Shown: positions 27,228 to 38,259, counted from the stretch's first letter. The stretch is DNA of 64,000 nt from an uncultured delta proteobacterium (GCA_963775425.1 CAVZJB010000012.1:160001-224000); one strand, 5' to 3'. The notes: a model not told the origin generated them from the letters alone. Translations and numbers: made by a program.

Positions 27228-27815
27228 CTACGGGTTCGGCCATCGCTGGTTCACGCGCGGATCCTTGCGAAGGAACGTCCGTTCCCCGACGACGCTGCCG
27301 CTGATGACGCCCGGCGCGCTGGTGATGACGACGACGAGCGGGCCCCGGTCGTTCACGAAGTACACGCCGGGGGGGCCGCCGACCTCCTCTTGCAGCTCCT
27401 GCTGGTCGCTGCCGAGGGGCAGCGGCGAGGGCACCGTGTGGTAGGTCGCGACGAGGTCCCGGCTCGGGGGCAGGGACGCGCAGCCGCTCGCGCGCATGCG
27501 CACGTCGTGGAAGCCCTCGAGCGCTGCTTCGAGCTTGTCTGCGGCGGCGCGGCAGGCGCGGCGATCGATGCGCTCTTGCACGACGCGAGCGGTCCCGACG
27601 ACATCGGAGGCGTCGACGGTGAGCTCGCGCCCCGACGCGCCGAGCACCACGTAGCGCAGCAGGTAGCCGCCGTCGTCGCCGACGACGTGCTCCTCGACGA
27701 GCGCCTGGGTGCCGTCGTCGGAGAAGGCGAGCACGGTGGCGGTCTCGCTCAGGAAGATCGGCTGGTGGGGCATGGCCCCCAACACGATCGACGCGAGCAC
27801 GAGAGCGGCCGGCAT
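27228..27815 (-). CDS. Hypothetical exported protein inside the mla operon
   Basis: Signal-like N-terminus, two Cys, own TAGGGT -10 box 6 nt before ATG; abuts the mlaD start. Confidence 0.65.
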   Translation of the reverse strand: MPAALVLASIVLGAMPHQPIFLSETATVLAFSDDGTQALVEEHVVGDDGGYLLRYVVLGASGRELTVDASDVVGTARVVQERIDRRACRAAADKLEAALEGFHDVRMRASGCASLPPSRDLVATYHTVPSPLPLGSDQQELQEEVGGPPGVYFVNDRGPLVVVITSAPGVISGSVVGERTFLRKDPRVNQRWPNP

Positions 27816-27880
27816 GATCGAACCCTAGCAACCGCGGGCAAAAGCGGAAGACACGTCGGCGCTCGTCGCCCCGGTGGAGG

Positions 27881-27908
27881 CCTCCGGTGCTTGATCAGCG
27901 ACCGGAGG
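27881..27908. terminator. Hairpin downstream of the ABC ATPase gene
   Basis: cctccggt...accggagg 8-bp stem with extra gct/agc pairing. Confidence 0.4.
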
Positions 27909-27923
27909 GAGCGGCCGGCTTCA

Positions 27924-28559
27924 TCAAGCGGACGCGCGCAAGGAGACCGCGCGCGCCGCGTGCGGCCAGGACGGCGCGGCCTCGGTGCGCGTGACCACGA
28001 GGGCGCCGGCGCCCGCGGCCACCTTGTCGAGGAGCAGCGCGCGCGCCCGCGGCGGCAGCGCCGGCTCGTCGAGGACGTACAGCTCCGCCGGCACCGCCAG
28101 CGCCCTGGCCGCCTGCGCGAGGTCGCGGTCGCGGGGCAGGAGCGCCTCGGGGCGGACGACGGCGACCGGGAGGAGGTCGAAGCGCGCGAGGACATCGTCG
28201 ACGATGCGGTCGATCTCGCCGCTGTTCATGCCGCGCATCAACAGCGGCAGCGCGACGTTGTCGCGCACGGACTGGTTCGACAGAAGCGGCGTCGACGACG
28301 ACGAAAACGCGCAGCGCGCGCGCAACGAGAGCAGGTCGTCGTGGACGAGGCCGGCCAGAGGGACGTCGAACAGCTCCACCTCGCCGTGCACGGCCGCGAC
28401 GAAGCCGAGCGCTCCGCGCGCGACGACGGTCTTGCCCGTGCCCTCGCCGCCCGTGAGGAGCACCAGCTCCCCGGCGTCGACGACGAGGTCGACGTCCTCG
28501 GAGGAGCCGTAGCCGAGCTCGTCGAAGCACGCGTCCTGAAGGCGCAGAAAGCGGGTCAT
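27924..28559 (-). CDS. MlaF-like ABC ATPase, degenerate
   Basis: Walker A GGEGTGKT and Walker B YVLDEP present; signature reads LLPRD instead of LSGGM; H-loop reads VVTR. Confidence 0.75.
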   Translation of the reverse strand: MTRFLRLQDACFDELGYGSSEDVDLVVDAGELVLLTGGEGTGKTVVARGALGFVAAVHGEVELFDVPLAGLVHDDLLSLRARCAFSSSSTPLLSNQSVRDNVALPLLMRGMNSGEIDRIVDDVLARFDLLPVAVVRPEALLPRDRDLAQAARALAVPAELYVLDEPALPPRARALLLDKVAAGAGALVVTRTEAAPSWPHAARAVSLRASA

Positions 28560-29311
28560 CGCGTGAGCGCCCCGAGGTCGACGGAGATGGCCGTGACGAC
28601 GATCTCGATGACCACGCACGCGACGAGGGCGTTCACCACCGCGCGCAAGGTCACGCGCGGCACGTCCGTCGACGACGCGCCCGCCGACAGCCCCTGGGCG
28701 GCGCAGATGCCGGCGATGGCGGTGCCGTACAGGAAGCTCTTGGCGACGGCGACGGCGATGTCCTGCACCGTCATCGCGTGAAAGAGCGTGTGCTCGAGCC
28801 CGACGAAGGTGAGCGACGCGCTCGACAGCGCCGCGAACGAAAAGCCCGCCACGAACGCGACGCCGATGAACACCACGGTGAGGCTCGCGACGGCGACGGC
28901 GACGCCGACCACGCGCGGGAACACCAGGTACGCGAGCGGGTCGACGCCGACGCCCAGGAGGCCGTCGATCTCGCCGCGGGTCCTCATCGTCGACAGCTCC
29001 GCGGCGATGGCGGCGCCGGAGCGCGCGGCGACGATGAAGGCGACGAGCACCGGGCCGAGCTCCTTTTCGATGAGGAGCACGAGCAGGCGCGCCATCAGCT
29101 CCGCCTGGCCCACCTCGGGCAGGCTGTTCGCCGACTGCACGATGATGACGACGCCGACGGTGACCGCGACGAGGCCGATGAGCGGGACGGCCTCGATCCC
29201 GGTGAAGAGAATCTGTCGGAACGTCGTCCTTCGCAGGGCCGCGCGCGCCGGCCCCGGCAGCCGGAAGAAGCCGCGCACGGTGGCGACGAGGAGCGCGGTG
29301 GTGGACAGCAC
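28556..29311 (-). CDS. mlaE: MlaE-family ABC permease
   Basis: KELGPVLVAFIVAARSGAAIAAELSTMR..GEIDGL..GVDP..YLVFPR. Confidence 0.88.
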   Translation of the reverse strand: MLSTTALLVATVRGFFRLPGPARAALRRTTFRQILFTGIEAVPLIGLVAVTVGVVIIVQSANSLPEVGQAELMARLLVLLIEKELGPVLVAFIVAARSGAAIAAELSTMRTRGEIDGLLGVGVDPLAYLVFPRVVGVAVAVASLTVVFIGVAFVAGFSFAALSSASLTFVGLEHTLFHAMTVQDIAVAVAKSFLYGTAIAGICAAQGLSAGASSTDVPRVTLRAVVNALVACVVIEIVVTAISVDLGALTR

Positions 29312-29399
29312 CCGGGCCGTATCCGACGCCGCCCGGCGCCCGGCAAGCCGCGGCGCCCGCGACGGCGCGCGGAAAACGGTGCTATCCCCGGACGCCCGC

Positions 29400-29446
29400 T
29401 TGCCCCGGCAGGGGCCCGTGGCTAAAATGGCCATGTAGATGGCTAT
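29400..29446 (+). promoter_or_regulatory. TA operon promoter with overlapping palindromic operator
   Basis: TTGCCC-17-TAAAAT; ATGGCCAT-gtag-ATGGCTAT (29427-29446) imperfect palindrome. Confidence 0.65.
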
Positions 29447-29464
29447 GGGACGACGGAGGCCGCC

Positions 29465-29788
29465 ATGACGACGGACAACAACGATCTGAAGGGCGCGGAC
29501 CTGCGCCGCCAGAGCTCGATCGCCGACGCGCGCGATCGGCTGGCGAGCCTCGTCCACGACGTCGAAGAGGGCGCGCCCGTCGAGATTACGCGCCGCGGGC
29601 GCCCGGTCGCCGTGCTCGTCAGCTACCACGAGTACCAGCGGCTCCTCGGCGAAGGTCCGAGCTTCTGGGACGCCATGCTCGCCTACCGCTCCTCCGCCCA
29701 GCTCGATGATCCGCAAGCCCTCGGCATCGAGCCCTCCGACTTCCCGCGCGACAACAGCCCCGGCCGTGGCACCCCCTTCCCCGACTGA
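29465..29788 (+). CDS. Phd/YefM family antitoxin
   Basis: SIADARDRLASLVHDVEEGAPVEITRRGRPVAVLVS. Confidence 0.9.
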   Translation: MTTDNNDLKGADLRRQSSIADARDRLASLVHDVEEGAPVEITRRGRPVAVLVSYHEYQRLLGEGPSFWDAMLAYRSSAQLDDPQALGIEPSDFPRDNSPGRGTPFPD

Positions 29789-29811
29789 CCCGGCCCCGCT
29801 CCCCCGTCGTC

Positions 29812-30228
29812 GTGCCCCTCAAATACCTCCTCGACACGAACATCCTCTCCGAGCCCCTGCGCGCCCGGCCCGCGTCGTCCGTCCTGGAAAAGCTCAAGGC
29901 GCACGAGCGCGAGCTGTGCACTGCCACCATCGTCTGGCACGAGCTGCGCTACGGCTGCGTGCGCCTCCCGGACGGCGCGCGCCGCCAGGTCATCGAGCGC
30001 TACCTCGACGAGGTCATCGGGCTCACGCTCCCGCTCCTGCCCTATGACGCCAACGCCGCCGCCTGGCACGCCGAGGAGCGCGCGCGCCTCGAGAAGAAGG
30101 GGCGCACGCCGCCCTTCGTCGACGGCATGATCGCCGCCGTCGCCGCCGTCCACGGCCTCTCGCTCGTCACCAACAACACCGCGGACTACGAGAACTTCCA
30201 CGACCTCGACGTCGTGAGCTGGCACTGA
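29812..30228 (+). CDS. vapC: VapC PIN-domain toxin
   Basis: YLLDTNILSE, WHELRYG, FVDGMIAAVA, LVTNNTADY. Confidence 0.93.
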   Translation: MPLKYLLDTNILSEPLRARPASSVLEKLKAHERELCTATIVWHELRYGCVRLPDGARRQVIERYLDEVIGLTLPLLPYDANAAAWHAEERARLEKKGRTPPFVDGMIAAVAAVHGLSLVTNNTADYENFHDLDVVSWH

Positions 30229-30253
30229 CCCCGGGCGCGCGGGACGAGCCCGG

Positions 30254-31717
30254 TCACGTGACGTCGACGATGAGGGTCTTTTCGTCCGTCATCGCGTGCA
30301 GCGAGTGCTTGCCGCCGATGCGGCCGGTGCCGCTGCCGCGCACGCCGCCGAACGGGACGTGGAGCTCCCAGTAGTTGGTGGTCTCGTTGACGTTGACGAC
30401 GCCGGCGCGCACGCGCTCGGACAGCGCGAACGCGCGCGCGAGGTCTTTGGTGAACACGGCGGCGACGAGGCCGTAGTCGCCGGCGTCGGCGAGGCGCCAC
30501 AGCTCGTCGTCGCCGGAGAACGTGGCGATGGGGGCGACGGGGCCGAAGGTCTCCTCGTCGAACACGGCCATCCCCGGGCCGACGCCGTCGACGACGGTGG
30601 CCTCGTAGAACAGTGGTGTGGGCCGGTCGGGCGCGCGGCGGCCGCCGCACAGGACGCGCGCGCCCCTGGCCCGGGCGTCGTCGACGTGGCGCGCGGTCTT
30701 GTCGGCGACGGCGGCGTTGTTGAGCGGCCCGAGCGTGGTCGACGGGTCGAGCGGATCGCCGAGCACGCGCGCGCGCGCCTCCGCCACCAGCGCCTCGACG
30801 AAGCGATCGTGCACGCGCGCGTCGACGAGGATGCGCTCGGCCGCCGAGCACGACTGCCCCGCGCACAAAAAGGCGCCGACCGCGCACGCCTTGGCCGCGC
30901 GCTCGAGGTCGGCGTCGGCGCAGACGATGATGGGGCCGTTGCCGCCGAGCTCGAGGAGCAGCGGCTTGCCCGCGGCCCGCGCCGCGATCTTCCTGCCCGT
31001 CACGGTGCTGCCGATGAACGCCACCCCGTGCGTGCCGGGGTGCGCCACGGCCGCGTCGCCGACCACGGCGCCGGCGCCGGTGACGAGGTTGACGGCGCCG
31101 CACAGGCCCGCCGGGCGCAGCCCCTCGTCGATGCAACGCGCCAGCGCCGCCGCACACAACGACGTCGACGGCGCCGCCACCCACACCACCGCGTTGCCCG
31201 CGGCCAGCGCGGGCGCGAGCAGCTCCGCGGGCATGGTGAGCGGCCAGTTCCAGGGCGTCACCACTGCGTAGACCCCGCGCGGGCGGCGCACCACGAAGAT
31301 GCGCTTGCCGCGCTCCGCCGACGGCAGCAGCTCGCCCTCGAGGCGGCGCCCCTCCTCGGCCCATACGCGGAAGCACTCGGCGGCCTCGTCCACCTCGGGG
31401 AGCGCCTCGCTGGCGAGCGGCTTGCCCTGCTCGCGCGCCACGAGCAGCCCGAGCTCCTCGCGGTGCGCGAGGATGGCGTCGGCCACGCGCAAGAGCACCT
31501 CGGCGCGCTCGGCGCCGCTCATGGTCGCGAGCGTCTTCGCCGCGCCCGCGGCGGCGACGACGGCGCGCTCGACGTCGTCGACGGTGCCCTGGGTGACGGC
31601 GCCGAGGCGCTCGCCCGTGGAGGGGCTCATGGCGTCTACACGCTCGGGCCCGCCCTCGAAGGCGCCGTCGATGTAGAGGGTCTCGCCGTCCGTGAAGTCG
31701 TGGATGCGCGCGGTCAT
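30254..31717 (-). CDS. Aldehyde dehydrogenase family protein
   Basis: [34 protein letters not shown]. Confidence 0.93.
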   Translation of the reverse strand: MTARIHDFTDGETLYIDGAFEGGPERVDAMSPSTGERLGAVTQGTVDDVERAVVAAAGAAKTLATMSGAERAEVLLRVADAILAHREELGLLVAREQGKPLASEALPEVDEAAECFRVWAEEGRRLEGELLPSAERGKRIFVVRRPRGVYAVVTPWNWPLTMPAELLAPALAAGNAVVWVAAPSTSLCAAALARCIDEGLRPAGLCGAVNLVTGAGAVVGDAAVAHPGTHGVAFIGSTVTGRKIAARAAGKPLLLELGGNGPIIVCADADLERAAKACAVGAFLCAGQSCSAAERILVDARVHDRFVEALVAEARARVLGDPLDPSTTLGPLNNAAVADKTARHVDDARARGARVLCGGRRAPDRPTPLFYEATVVDGVGPGMAVFDEETFGPVAPIATFSGDDELWRLADAGDYGLVAAVFTKDLARAFALSERVRAGVVNVNETTNYWELHVPFGGVRGSGTGRIGGKHSLHAMTDEKTLIVDVT

Positions 31718-33537
31718 GAGGCTCCTCCGGGCGGCACGGCGTCAGGCGGCGCGGTCGCCGCCGCCGGGGGCGCAGCGACGGCGGACCGGCCGTCGTCGGG
31801 AGCGGCGCGGGCGTAGGACGGCGGCTTGTCCGCCGCATTGTGGCGATAGAAGGGGACGTCGAGGGGCGGCAGCGGCTCGTTATGGAGGATGAGGTCGGCG
31901 GCCTTCTCCGCCATCATCACCACCGGCGCGTAGATGTTGCCGTTGGTGACGAACGGCATGGCCGAAGCGTCGACCACGGACAAGCCCTCGAGGCCGTGCA
32001 CGCCCATGGTGAGCGGGTCGACGACGCTGGTGTCGTCGACGCCCATGGCGCAGGTGCACGACGGGTGGAGCGCGGTCTCGGCGTCCTTGGCCACCCACGC
32101 GAGGATCTCGTCGTCGCTGTCGACGCGTGGCCCCGGCGAGACCTCGCCAGCGTCGAGCGCGGCCAACGCCGGCTGCGCGAGGATCCGGCGAGCGACGCGC
32201 ACGGCCTCCACCCACTCGCGCCGGTCCTGCTCGGTGGACAGGTAGTTGAAGCGCAGGGCGGGCTTGTTGCGCGGATCGCGCGACGTGATCTTCACGGAGC
32301 CGCGCGCATCCGAGTACATCGGCCCGACGTGCACCTGGTAGCCGTGGCCGCCCGCCGGCGAAGAGCCGTCGTAGCGCACCGCCAGCGGCAAGAAGTGGAA
32401 CATCAGGTTCGGGTACGCGACGTCGTCGTTGCTGCGGACGAAGCCGCCTCCCTCGAAGTGGTTGGTGGCGCCGGGGCCGGAGCGCCCGAACAGCCACTGC
32501 GCTCCGATGAGCGGCCAGCGCCACTTCGACAGCGCCGGCTGCATCGACACCGGCTGCGTGCACGCATGCTGGATGTAGACCTCGAGGTGGTCCTGCATGC
32601 GCTCGCCGACGCCGGGCAGATCGTGCACGACGTCGACGCCGAGCGCGCCGAGCTCGCGCGCGTTGCCCACGCCGGAGAGCTGCAGGAGCTGCGGCGAATT
32701 GAAGGCGCCGCCGCAGAGGATGACGTGGCCGGCGTCGATGCGCTCGACGCCGCCGCCGCGCGCGACCTCGACGCCGGCGGCGCGCTTGCCCTCGAACAGC
32801 ACGCGGGTGACGAGCGCCCCGGTGCGCACCCGCAGCCGCCCGCCGGCCGCCTTCACGGCGGGGTGCAGATACGCGCGCGACGCGCTCAAGCGGCGGCCGC
32901 GGCGGACGTTCCTGTCGAAGGCGGCGAAGCCCTCCTGGCGATAGCCGTTGACGTCGTCGGTGAGCGGGTAGCCCGCCTGCTGCACCGCCTCGAAGAACGC
33001 CGCGAACAGCGGTGACGCCGCGGGCCCGCGCTCGAGCGCGAGCGGCCCCGAGCGGCCCCGGTAGACGTCGGCCGCCGGGCGCGCCGCGGGGTCGCCCGAG
33101 GGGGCTCGCCCGCCGCCGGGAGGCGGCGCGTCGTCGAGCGCGAGGCACGACTCCATGCGCTTGAAGTAGGGCAGGCAGTGCGCGTAGCTCCACGTCGACA
33201 TGCCCGGCTCGGCCGCCCAGCGCTCGTAGTCGAGGGGGTTTCCGCGTTGGAAGATCATGCCGTTGATGCTCGACGAGCCGCCGAGCACCTTGCCGCGCGC
33301 GTGATACACGCGGCGCCCGTTCATGAACGGCTCCGGCTCCGACGTGTACTGCCAGTCGTACAAGCGGCTGCCGATGGGGAAGGTGAGCGCCGCCGGCATG
33401 TGCAGGAAGACGTCGAAGCGCCAGTCCTTCCGGCCGGCCTCGAGCACCAGCACGCGCGCGCCCGCGGCGCTCAAGCGGGCGGCCAGAACGGAGCCCGCGC
33501 TGCCGCCGCCGACGATCACGTAGTCCCACGTCGCCAT
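31714..33537 (-). CDS. betA: Choline dehydrogenase (GMC oxidoreductase)
   Basis: [56 protein letters not shown]. Confidence 0.9.
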   Translation of the reverse strand: MATWDYVIVGGGSAGSVLAARLSAAGARVLVLEAGRKDWRFDVFLHMPAALTFPIGSRLYDWQYTSEPEPFMNGRRVYHARGKVLGGSSSINGMIFQRGNPLDYERWAAEPGMSTWSYAHCLPYFKRMESCLALDDAPPPGGGRAPSGDPAARPAADVYRGRSGPLALERGPAASPLFAAFFEAVQQAGYPLTDDVNGYRQEGFAAFDRNVRRGRRLSASRAYLHPAVKAAGGRLRVRTGALVTRVLFEGKRAAGVEVARGGGVERIDAGHVILCGGAFNSPQLLQLSGVGNARELGALGVDVVHDLPGVGERMQDHLEVYIQHACTQPVSMQPALSKWRWPLIGAQWLFGRSGPGATNHFEGGGFVRSNDDVAYPNLMFHFLPLAVRYDGSSPAGGHGYQVHVGPMYSDARGSVKITSRDPRNKPALRFNYLSTEQDRREWVEAVRVARRILAQPALAALDAGEVSPGPRVDSDDEILAWVAKDAETALHPSCTCAMGVDDTSVVDPLTMGVHGLEGLSVVDASAMPFVTNGNIYAPVVMMAEKAADLILHNEPLPPLDVPFYRHNAADKPPSYARAAPDDGRSAVAAPPAAATAPPDAVPPGGAS

Positions 33538-33653
33538 GCCGTGGGCATGCACCATCGCGCGCCGCCGGTGAACCCCGGTGGTCGGGGCGTGGCGCGGCGG
33601 CCCGTCCGCCGCTCGGCGGAGGGCGGCGCGCTCGCCGCCGTCCGCTCGTCGCG

Positions 33654-34853
33654 CTACTCGACGTGCACGGTGACGTCGCACGACAGGCCCGCGGCCAGCG
33701 GGAGCTTGGGCGGCGTCTTCCAATCGATGCGCACGGGGACGCGCTGCACCACCTTCACGAAGTTGCCCGAGGCGTTGTCGGGCGGCAGCAGCGCGAAGCG
33801 CGCGCCGGTGGCCGGCGCCACGCTCGCCACCACGCCCTCGAGCTTTTGCCCCTTGAACGCGTCGACGACGATGTCGGCCTTCTGCCCCGGCCTCATCTTG
33901 CCGACCTGCGTCTCCTTGAAGTTGGCGACGACGTACGTCCTGGCCGGCACCACCGCCACAACGAGCTGACCCGGCGCGACGTTCTGGCCCTCGCGCACGG
34001 CGATCTTCGACAGCGTGCCGTCCACCGGCGCCACCACCTTGGTGTGCGCCACCATCAGCGTGGCCGACTCCAGCGCCGCCTCCGCCGCCTGCACGTGCGC
34101 GTGCGCGAGGTCCGCCTGCGCCGCCGCCGCCGCGAGCTTGGCGTCGACGGGGGCGCTCACAGCCACCCGCGCCTGCGCTTCGTCCACGCGGCTCTCCGCC
34201 GACTTCTTGGCCTCGAGCGACGCCGAGAGCTGGGCCTCCGCCTGCGCCAGCGCCGCCACCGCTGCGTCGCGCCCGCTGCGCGCGTTGTCGAGCTGCGAGC
34301 GGGAGACGCCGCCCTTGTCGAAGAGCGACTGCAGGCGCGCGTAATCCGTCTTGGCGCGCTCCGCCTCCGCCTGCGCCCGCTGCTCGGCCGCGCGCGCGAC
34401 CTCGATGTTGGCGTCGGCGGTGCGCGACGCCGCCGCGCTGCCGATGAGCGCCGCGCGCGCGCCGGAGAGTCCGCCCTTGGACGCGGCGTCGGAGATGTGC
34501 GCCTGCGCGTCGGCCACCGCCGCCTGCGCCTTCGCCGCCGCCACCTCCGCCTCCGCCTGCTTGAGCTTCACGTTGATCTCGGCCGGGTCGAGCTCGACGA
34601 GGACATCGCCCTTCTTGACGGTGGCGTTGTCCTCGACGAGCACGTGCAGCACGGGCGCGCCGACGCGCGCGGAGACGTTGACGACGTCGGCGTCGACCTC
34701 GGCGTCGTCGGTGTTCTCCTCGTTGCGCAGGAGGAACGCGTAGCCGCCGAGCGTCACCGCCGCCACGGCCACGACGGCGCCCACGTAGCCGAGGGCCTTG
34801 CGCTTGCGCTTTTCGGGGTTGGCGGGCGTCGCCGTCTTGGTGTCGTCTGGCAT
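33654..34853 (-). CDS. EmrA/HlyD membrane fusion protein
   Basis: [33 protein letters not shown]. Confidence 0.93.
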   Translation of the reverse strand: MPDDTKTATPANPEKRKRKALGYVGAVVAVAAVTLGGYAFLLRNEENTDDAEVDADVVNVSARVGAPVLHVLVEDNATVKKGDVLVELDPAEINVKLKQAEAEVAAAKAQAAVADAQAHISDAASKGGLSGARAALIGSAAASRTADANIEVARAAEQRAQAEAERAKTDYARLQSLFDKGGVSRSQLDNARSGRDAAVAALAQAEAQLSASLEAKKSAESRVDEAQARVAVSAPVDAKLAAAAAQADLAHAHVQAAEAALESATLMVAHTKVVAPVDGTLSKIAVREGQNVAPGQLVVAVVPARTYVVANFKETQVGKMRPGQKADIVVDAFKGQKLEGVVASVAPATGARFALLPPDNASGNFVKVVQRVPVRIDWKTPPKLPLAAGLSCDVTVHVE

Positions 34854-34860
34854 GGGTCGA

Positions 34861-36444
34861 TTACTCCATCGCCTCGATGTGGACCGTCTTTTTGGGTCCG
34901 CGCTCGACGCGCAAGAAGAACAAGAGCGGAAGCACGGCGAGGAAGGAGATCCCCTGCAAGAGGAAGCTCTTTTCGAACGCGAGGACCGTCGCCTGCAGCG
35001 TGGCCATGCCGCCGAGCGCCTGCTGGGCGAAGCCGACGGACGTGATGAGGTCGAAGCCGCGCGCGGAGGCGACGTGCACGATCTGCGTGAAGCGCTCGAC
35101 GGCCACGGGGCGCGTGAAGGTGAGCTGCGCGACGATCCCCGCCTTGGCCTGCGCGCCGAACCGGGAGAGCAGCGACGTGAAGATGGCGAGGCCGATGGAT
35201 CCGCCGATCTGGCGCACGAACGAGTTGAGGCCGGAGGCGTCGGCGAGCTGGTGGCGCGGGATGCTCGAGAGCGCCGCGGTGGTGAGCGGGACGAAGAGGA
35301 ACGCGAAGCCGACGCCGGTGATGGCGAGCGGCGTGACGATGTCCCAGGTGGACGTCTCCAGGGTGATGCGGCTCATCTGCCAGGAGCCGAGGGCGAAGGT
35401 GATGACGCCGAAGCCGACCATGAGCGCGGGCGGCAGCTTGTTGTACAGCCGCCCGACGAGGGGCATCGTCAAGGCCATCACGATGGTGCGCGGCATCATG
35501 GCGAGCCCCGACGTCGTGGCGTCGTAGTGGAGCAGCTCCTGCAAGAACACCGGCAGCAGGAACATCGAGCCCATGAGCATGGCGAACATCACGGCGCCGA
35601 TGAGCGTCCCGGCGGCGAAGGTGCGGTCCGCGAACAGGCGCAGGTTCACCGCCGGCGCCGCCGTGGTGAGCTCGTTGACGACGAACGCGACGCTGGCGCT
35701 GACGCAGATGAAGAGCGCCACGACGATGCGCGAGCTGTCGAGCCAGTCGTTGCTCGGCCCCTCTTCGAAGAGGTACTGCATGGTGCCGATGGCGATGGCC
35801 ATCAGGATGATCCCCGACCAGTCGACGTTGGCGCGCATCTGCGCCGCCCGTTTCTTGTTCTGCTCGCGGACGTCGTCGGGCTCGTGCACGAAACGCCAGA
35901 CCATGAACAGGCCCATCAAGCCCACGGGCAGGTTTACGTAGAAGATCCACGGCCACGAGTACGTGTCGGTGATCCAGCCGCCGAGCGGCGGGCCCAGGGC
36001 GGGGCCGACCATGATCACCATGGCGTACATGGCCATCGCCATGCCCTGCTCCTCGGGCGGAAAGGTCTGGCGCAGGATGGCCTGCTGCGTCGGTTGCAGC
36101 GAGCCCGCGCCCAGGCCCTGCAGCACACGGAACAACACCAACACCGTCAGCGAGCGCGCGGTGCCGCACAGCGCGCTGCCGATGATGAACAACGCGAGGC
36201 TCACCATGTACACGCGCTTCTGCCCGAACAGCGCGCCGAGGAAGCCCGTGAGGGGCATGATCAGCACGCTGGCGACGATGTAGCCCGTGGAGATGGCCGC
36301 GATCTCCGACAGCGTGGCGCCCACGGAGCCGCGGATGTGCGGCAGCGCGACGTTGACGATGGAGGAGTCGATGGTGGCCATCAGCGAGCCGAAGCCGATG
36401 CTCGCCGTGACGACCCACTTGTTGACGGGAGGCCTCGTGCTCAC
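34861..36444 (-). CDS. EmrB/QacA (DHA2) MFS efflux permease
   Basis: DSSIVNVALP, GPALGPPLGGWITD, WPWIFYVNLP, RQIGGSIG; GTG start overlaps the tetR stop. Confidence 0.92.
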   Translation of the reverse strand: MSTRPPVNKWVVTASIGFGSLMATIDSSIVNVALPHIRGSVGATLSEIAAISTGYIVASVLIMPLTGFLGALFGQKRVYMVSLALFIIGSALCGTARSLTVLVLFRVLQGLGAGSLQPTQQAILRQTFPPEEQGMAMAMYAMVIMVGPALGPPLGGWITDTYSWPWIFYVNLPVGLMGLFMVWRFVHEPDDVREQNKKRAAQMRANVDWSGIILMAIAIGTMQYLFEEGPSNDWLDSSRIVVALFICVSASVAFVVNELTTAAPAVNLRLFADRTFAAGTLIGAVMFAMLMGSMFLLPVFLQELLHYDATTSGLAMMPRTIVMALTMPLVGRLYNKLPPALMVGFGVITFALGSWQMSRITLETSTWDIVTPLAITGVGFAFLFVPLTTAALSSIPRHQLADASGLNSFVRQIGGSIGLAIFTSLLSRFGAQAKAGIVAQLTFTRPVAVERFTQIVHVASARGFDLITSVGFAQQALGGMATLQATVLAFEKSFLLQGISFLAVLPLLFFLRVERGPKKTVHIEAME

Positions 36445-37046
36445 TGCCGCGCCTCCGCGCCGCGCAGGAAGAGCGCGACGATGTCGTCGACCAGCTCGAC
36501 GTACGGCTTGTTCCTGCCGGCGACGCCGTCGATGAGGACGGCGCGCAACAGGCCCGAGAGCGCCAGCGCCGACAGGTGCGCGCGGCGCGGGTCGAGGACG
36601 CCCTCGCGCACGCCCGCGTCGACGAGGGCGCGCACCCGGTCGCGGAGCACCTCGCCCGCCGACGACTTCTTCAGCGGCGGCGTGACGTCGGTGGACAGGG
36701 CGACGGCGAGGAACGCGCGGTGGGCGTCGAAGTGGGCGAGCACGGCGCGCACCGCCCGCTCGAGCTTGGTGCGGAAGGGCGCGGCGGGGGCGAGGGCCGC
36801 GTCGATGGAGTCGCCGAGGCGGCGCCGGCGCTCTTCGAAGAGCGCGCGCACCAGGGCGTCGCGGTCCTCGAAGTAGTTGTACAGCGTGCCCACCGACGTC
36901 CCGGCGCGCGCGGCGATCGCCTGCATCGACGCGCCGGCGACACCGTCGGCGGCGAACGTGGCCTCCGCGGCCTCGAGGATGCCGGTGCGCGCGGACGTCT
37001 TGGCGGCCTCGCGCACGCGCTTCTTGAGTGAAGCTCCACTCGCCAT
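36441..37046 (-). CDS. TetR/AcrR family regulator of the emrBA operon
   Basis: ASMQAIAARAGTSVGTLYNYFEDR HTH. Confidence 0.92.
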   Translation of the reverse strand: MASGASLKKRVREAAKTSARTGILEAAEATFAADGVAGASMQAIAARAGTSVGTLYNYFEDRDALVRALFEERRRRLGDSIDAALAPAAPFRTKLERAVRAVLAHFDAHRAFLAVALSTDVTPPLKKSSAGEVLRDRVRALVDAGVREGVLDPRRAHLSALALSGLLRAVLIDGVAGRNKPYVELVDDIVALFLRGAEARQ

Positions 37047-37047
37047 T

Positions 37048-37083
37048 CTGAATCATGATTCAGGCAAATGAGTCGCGTGTCAA
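37048..37083 (-). promoter_or_regulatory. Leaderless sigma70 promoter with a perfect 16-bp operator palindrome
   Basis: TTGACA (37083-37078), 17 nt, AATCAT, 8 nt, ATG; CTGAATCATGATTCAG at 37048-37063. Confidence 0.8.
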
Positions 37084-37179
37084 ACCCCCGACGCGGGCGC
37101 CGCGCTGGCGGGCACGCCCGCGCGACCCGACGCCGCGTTGGCCCGCGCCGCGCGCCGCCGGCGACGCTATGGTCGATGC

Positions 37180-38259
37180 GTGGCCCGCCCGCCCGCCGAC
37201 CTCGCCGCGCTCGTCGCCCTGCGCCGCCGGGGCGATCCCCTCGCCGACGCCGCCGTCGCCTCGCTGCGCGAGCACCCCCAGCGCGGTGAGAGCGTGCTCG
37301 ACAAGGTCCGCGCCGGCGCCTCCGCCGGCGACCGCGCCCTCGCGCGCTTCCTCGACGAGACCCGCGCGCTCCCGTGCTGGTGCGACGTCTCGGCGCACGT
37401 CGACGGCCGCCGCGCCATGACCCGCCACGCCCCGGTGACGTTCCTCGTGCTCCTCGCCGGCAGCCTCGTCGAGAGCTTCGCCGTGCGGGAAGGCGCCGCG
37501 GTCCTCGTGGGCACCGGGCGCCTCCTGCGCGATCCGAGGGACCGCGTCTACGAGACGGCTTCGCTCGTGCACGCGCTCCTCGCCTTCGACATGCGCCCCG
37601 GCGGCCCCGCCCACGACGCGCTCCTGCGCGTGCGCCTCCTGCACGCGTACGTCCGCCGCTTCACGCGCGCGCGCGTCGACTTCGACGTCGACGCCCTCGG
37701 CGTGCCCATCAACCAGATGGACATGCTGCACACGCTGTTGATGTTCTCCTGCGTGCTCGCCGCCGGCGTCGTCGCCCTCGGCGGCCGCCTCTCCGGCGAC
37801 GAGCGACGCTCCTGGTGCGCGCTGTGGCGCGCCGCCGGCCACGTGCTCGGCGTCGACGACGACGTGCTCTTTCGAGACGTCGACGAAGAGCACGCGCTGC
37901 ACGCGCTCGTTCGCCGCGCCTACGACCCCGACGACGGCTCGCGCGCCCTGGCGTCGGCCGTCCTCGGCGGCCTCGCCAACGAGCCGCCGTTTCGTTTGCC
38001 CAAGCCGGGGCTCGAGGCCGTGTCCCGCGCGCTCCTCGGCGACGCGCTCGCCGATCGTTTCGGGCTGCGCCGTTCGCGCCGTTGGGCCCTCGTGCCGGCC
38101 GCCGTCGCGCGCGGCTGGCGCGCCGTCGACGTCGTCGAGCGCCACGTGCCGCTCGGCGTGGACGCCGGCGTCGCCGGCGGGCGCGCGTTCATCGAGCTGA
38201 ACCGGGTGCGGGTGCTGCGGAGCATGCCCGCCGCCGACTACACGTTTCGCACGGCGTGA
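37180..38259 (+). CDS. MpaB/Lcp-like (DUF2236) heme oxygenase family protein
   Basis: GDPLADA, RVYETA, VRLLHAYVR, GVPINQMDM, W...GHVLGVD. Confidence 0.85.
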   Translation: MARPPADLAALVALRRRGDPLADAAVASLREHPQRGESVLDKVRAGASAGDRALARFLDETRALPCWCDVSAHVDGRRAMTRHAPVTFLVLLAGSLVESFAVREGAAVLVGTGRLLRDPRDRVYETASLVHALLAFDMRPGGPAHDALLRVRLLHAYVRRFTRARVDFDVDALGVPINQMDMLHTLLMFSCVLAAGVVALGGRLSGDERRSWCALWRAAGHVLGVDDDVLFRDVDEEHALHALVRRAYDPDDGSRALASAVLGGLANEPPFRLPKPGLEAVSRALLGDALADRFGLRRSRRWALVPAAVARGWRAVDVVERHVPLGVDAGVAGGRAFIELNRVRVLRSMPAADYTFRTA

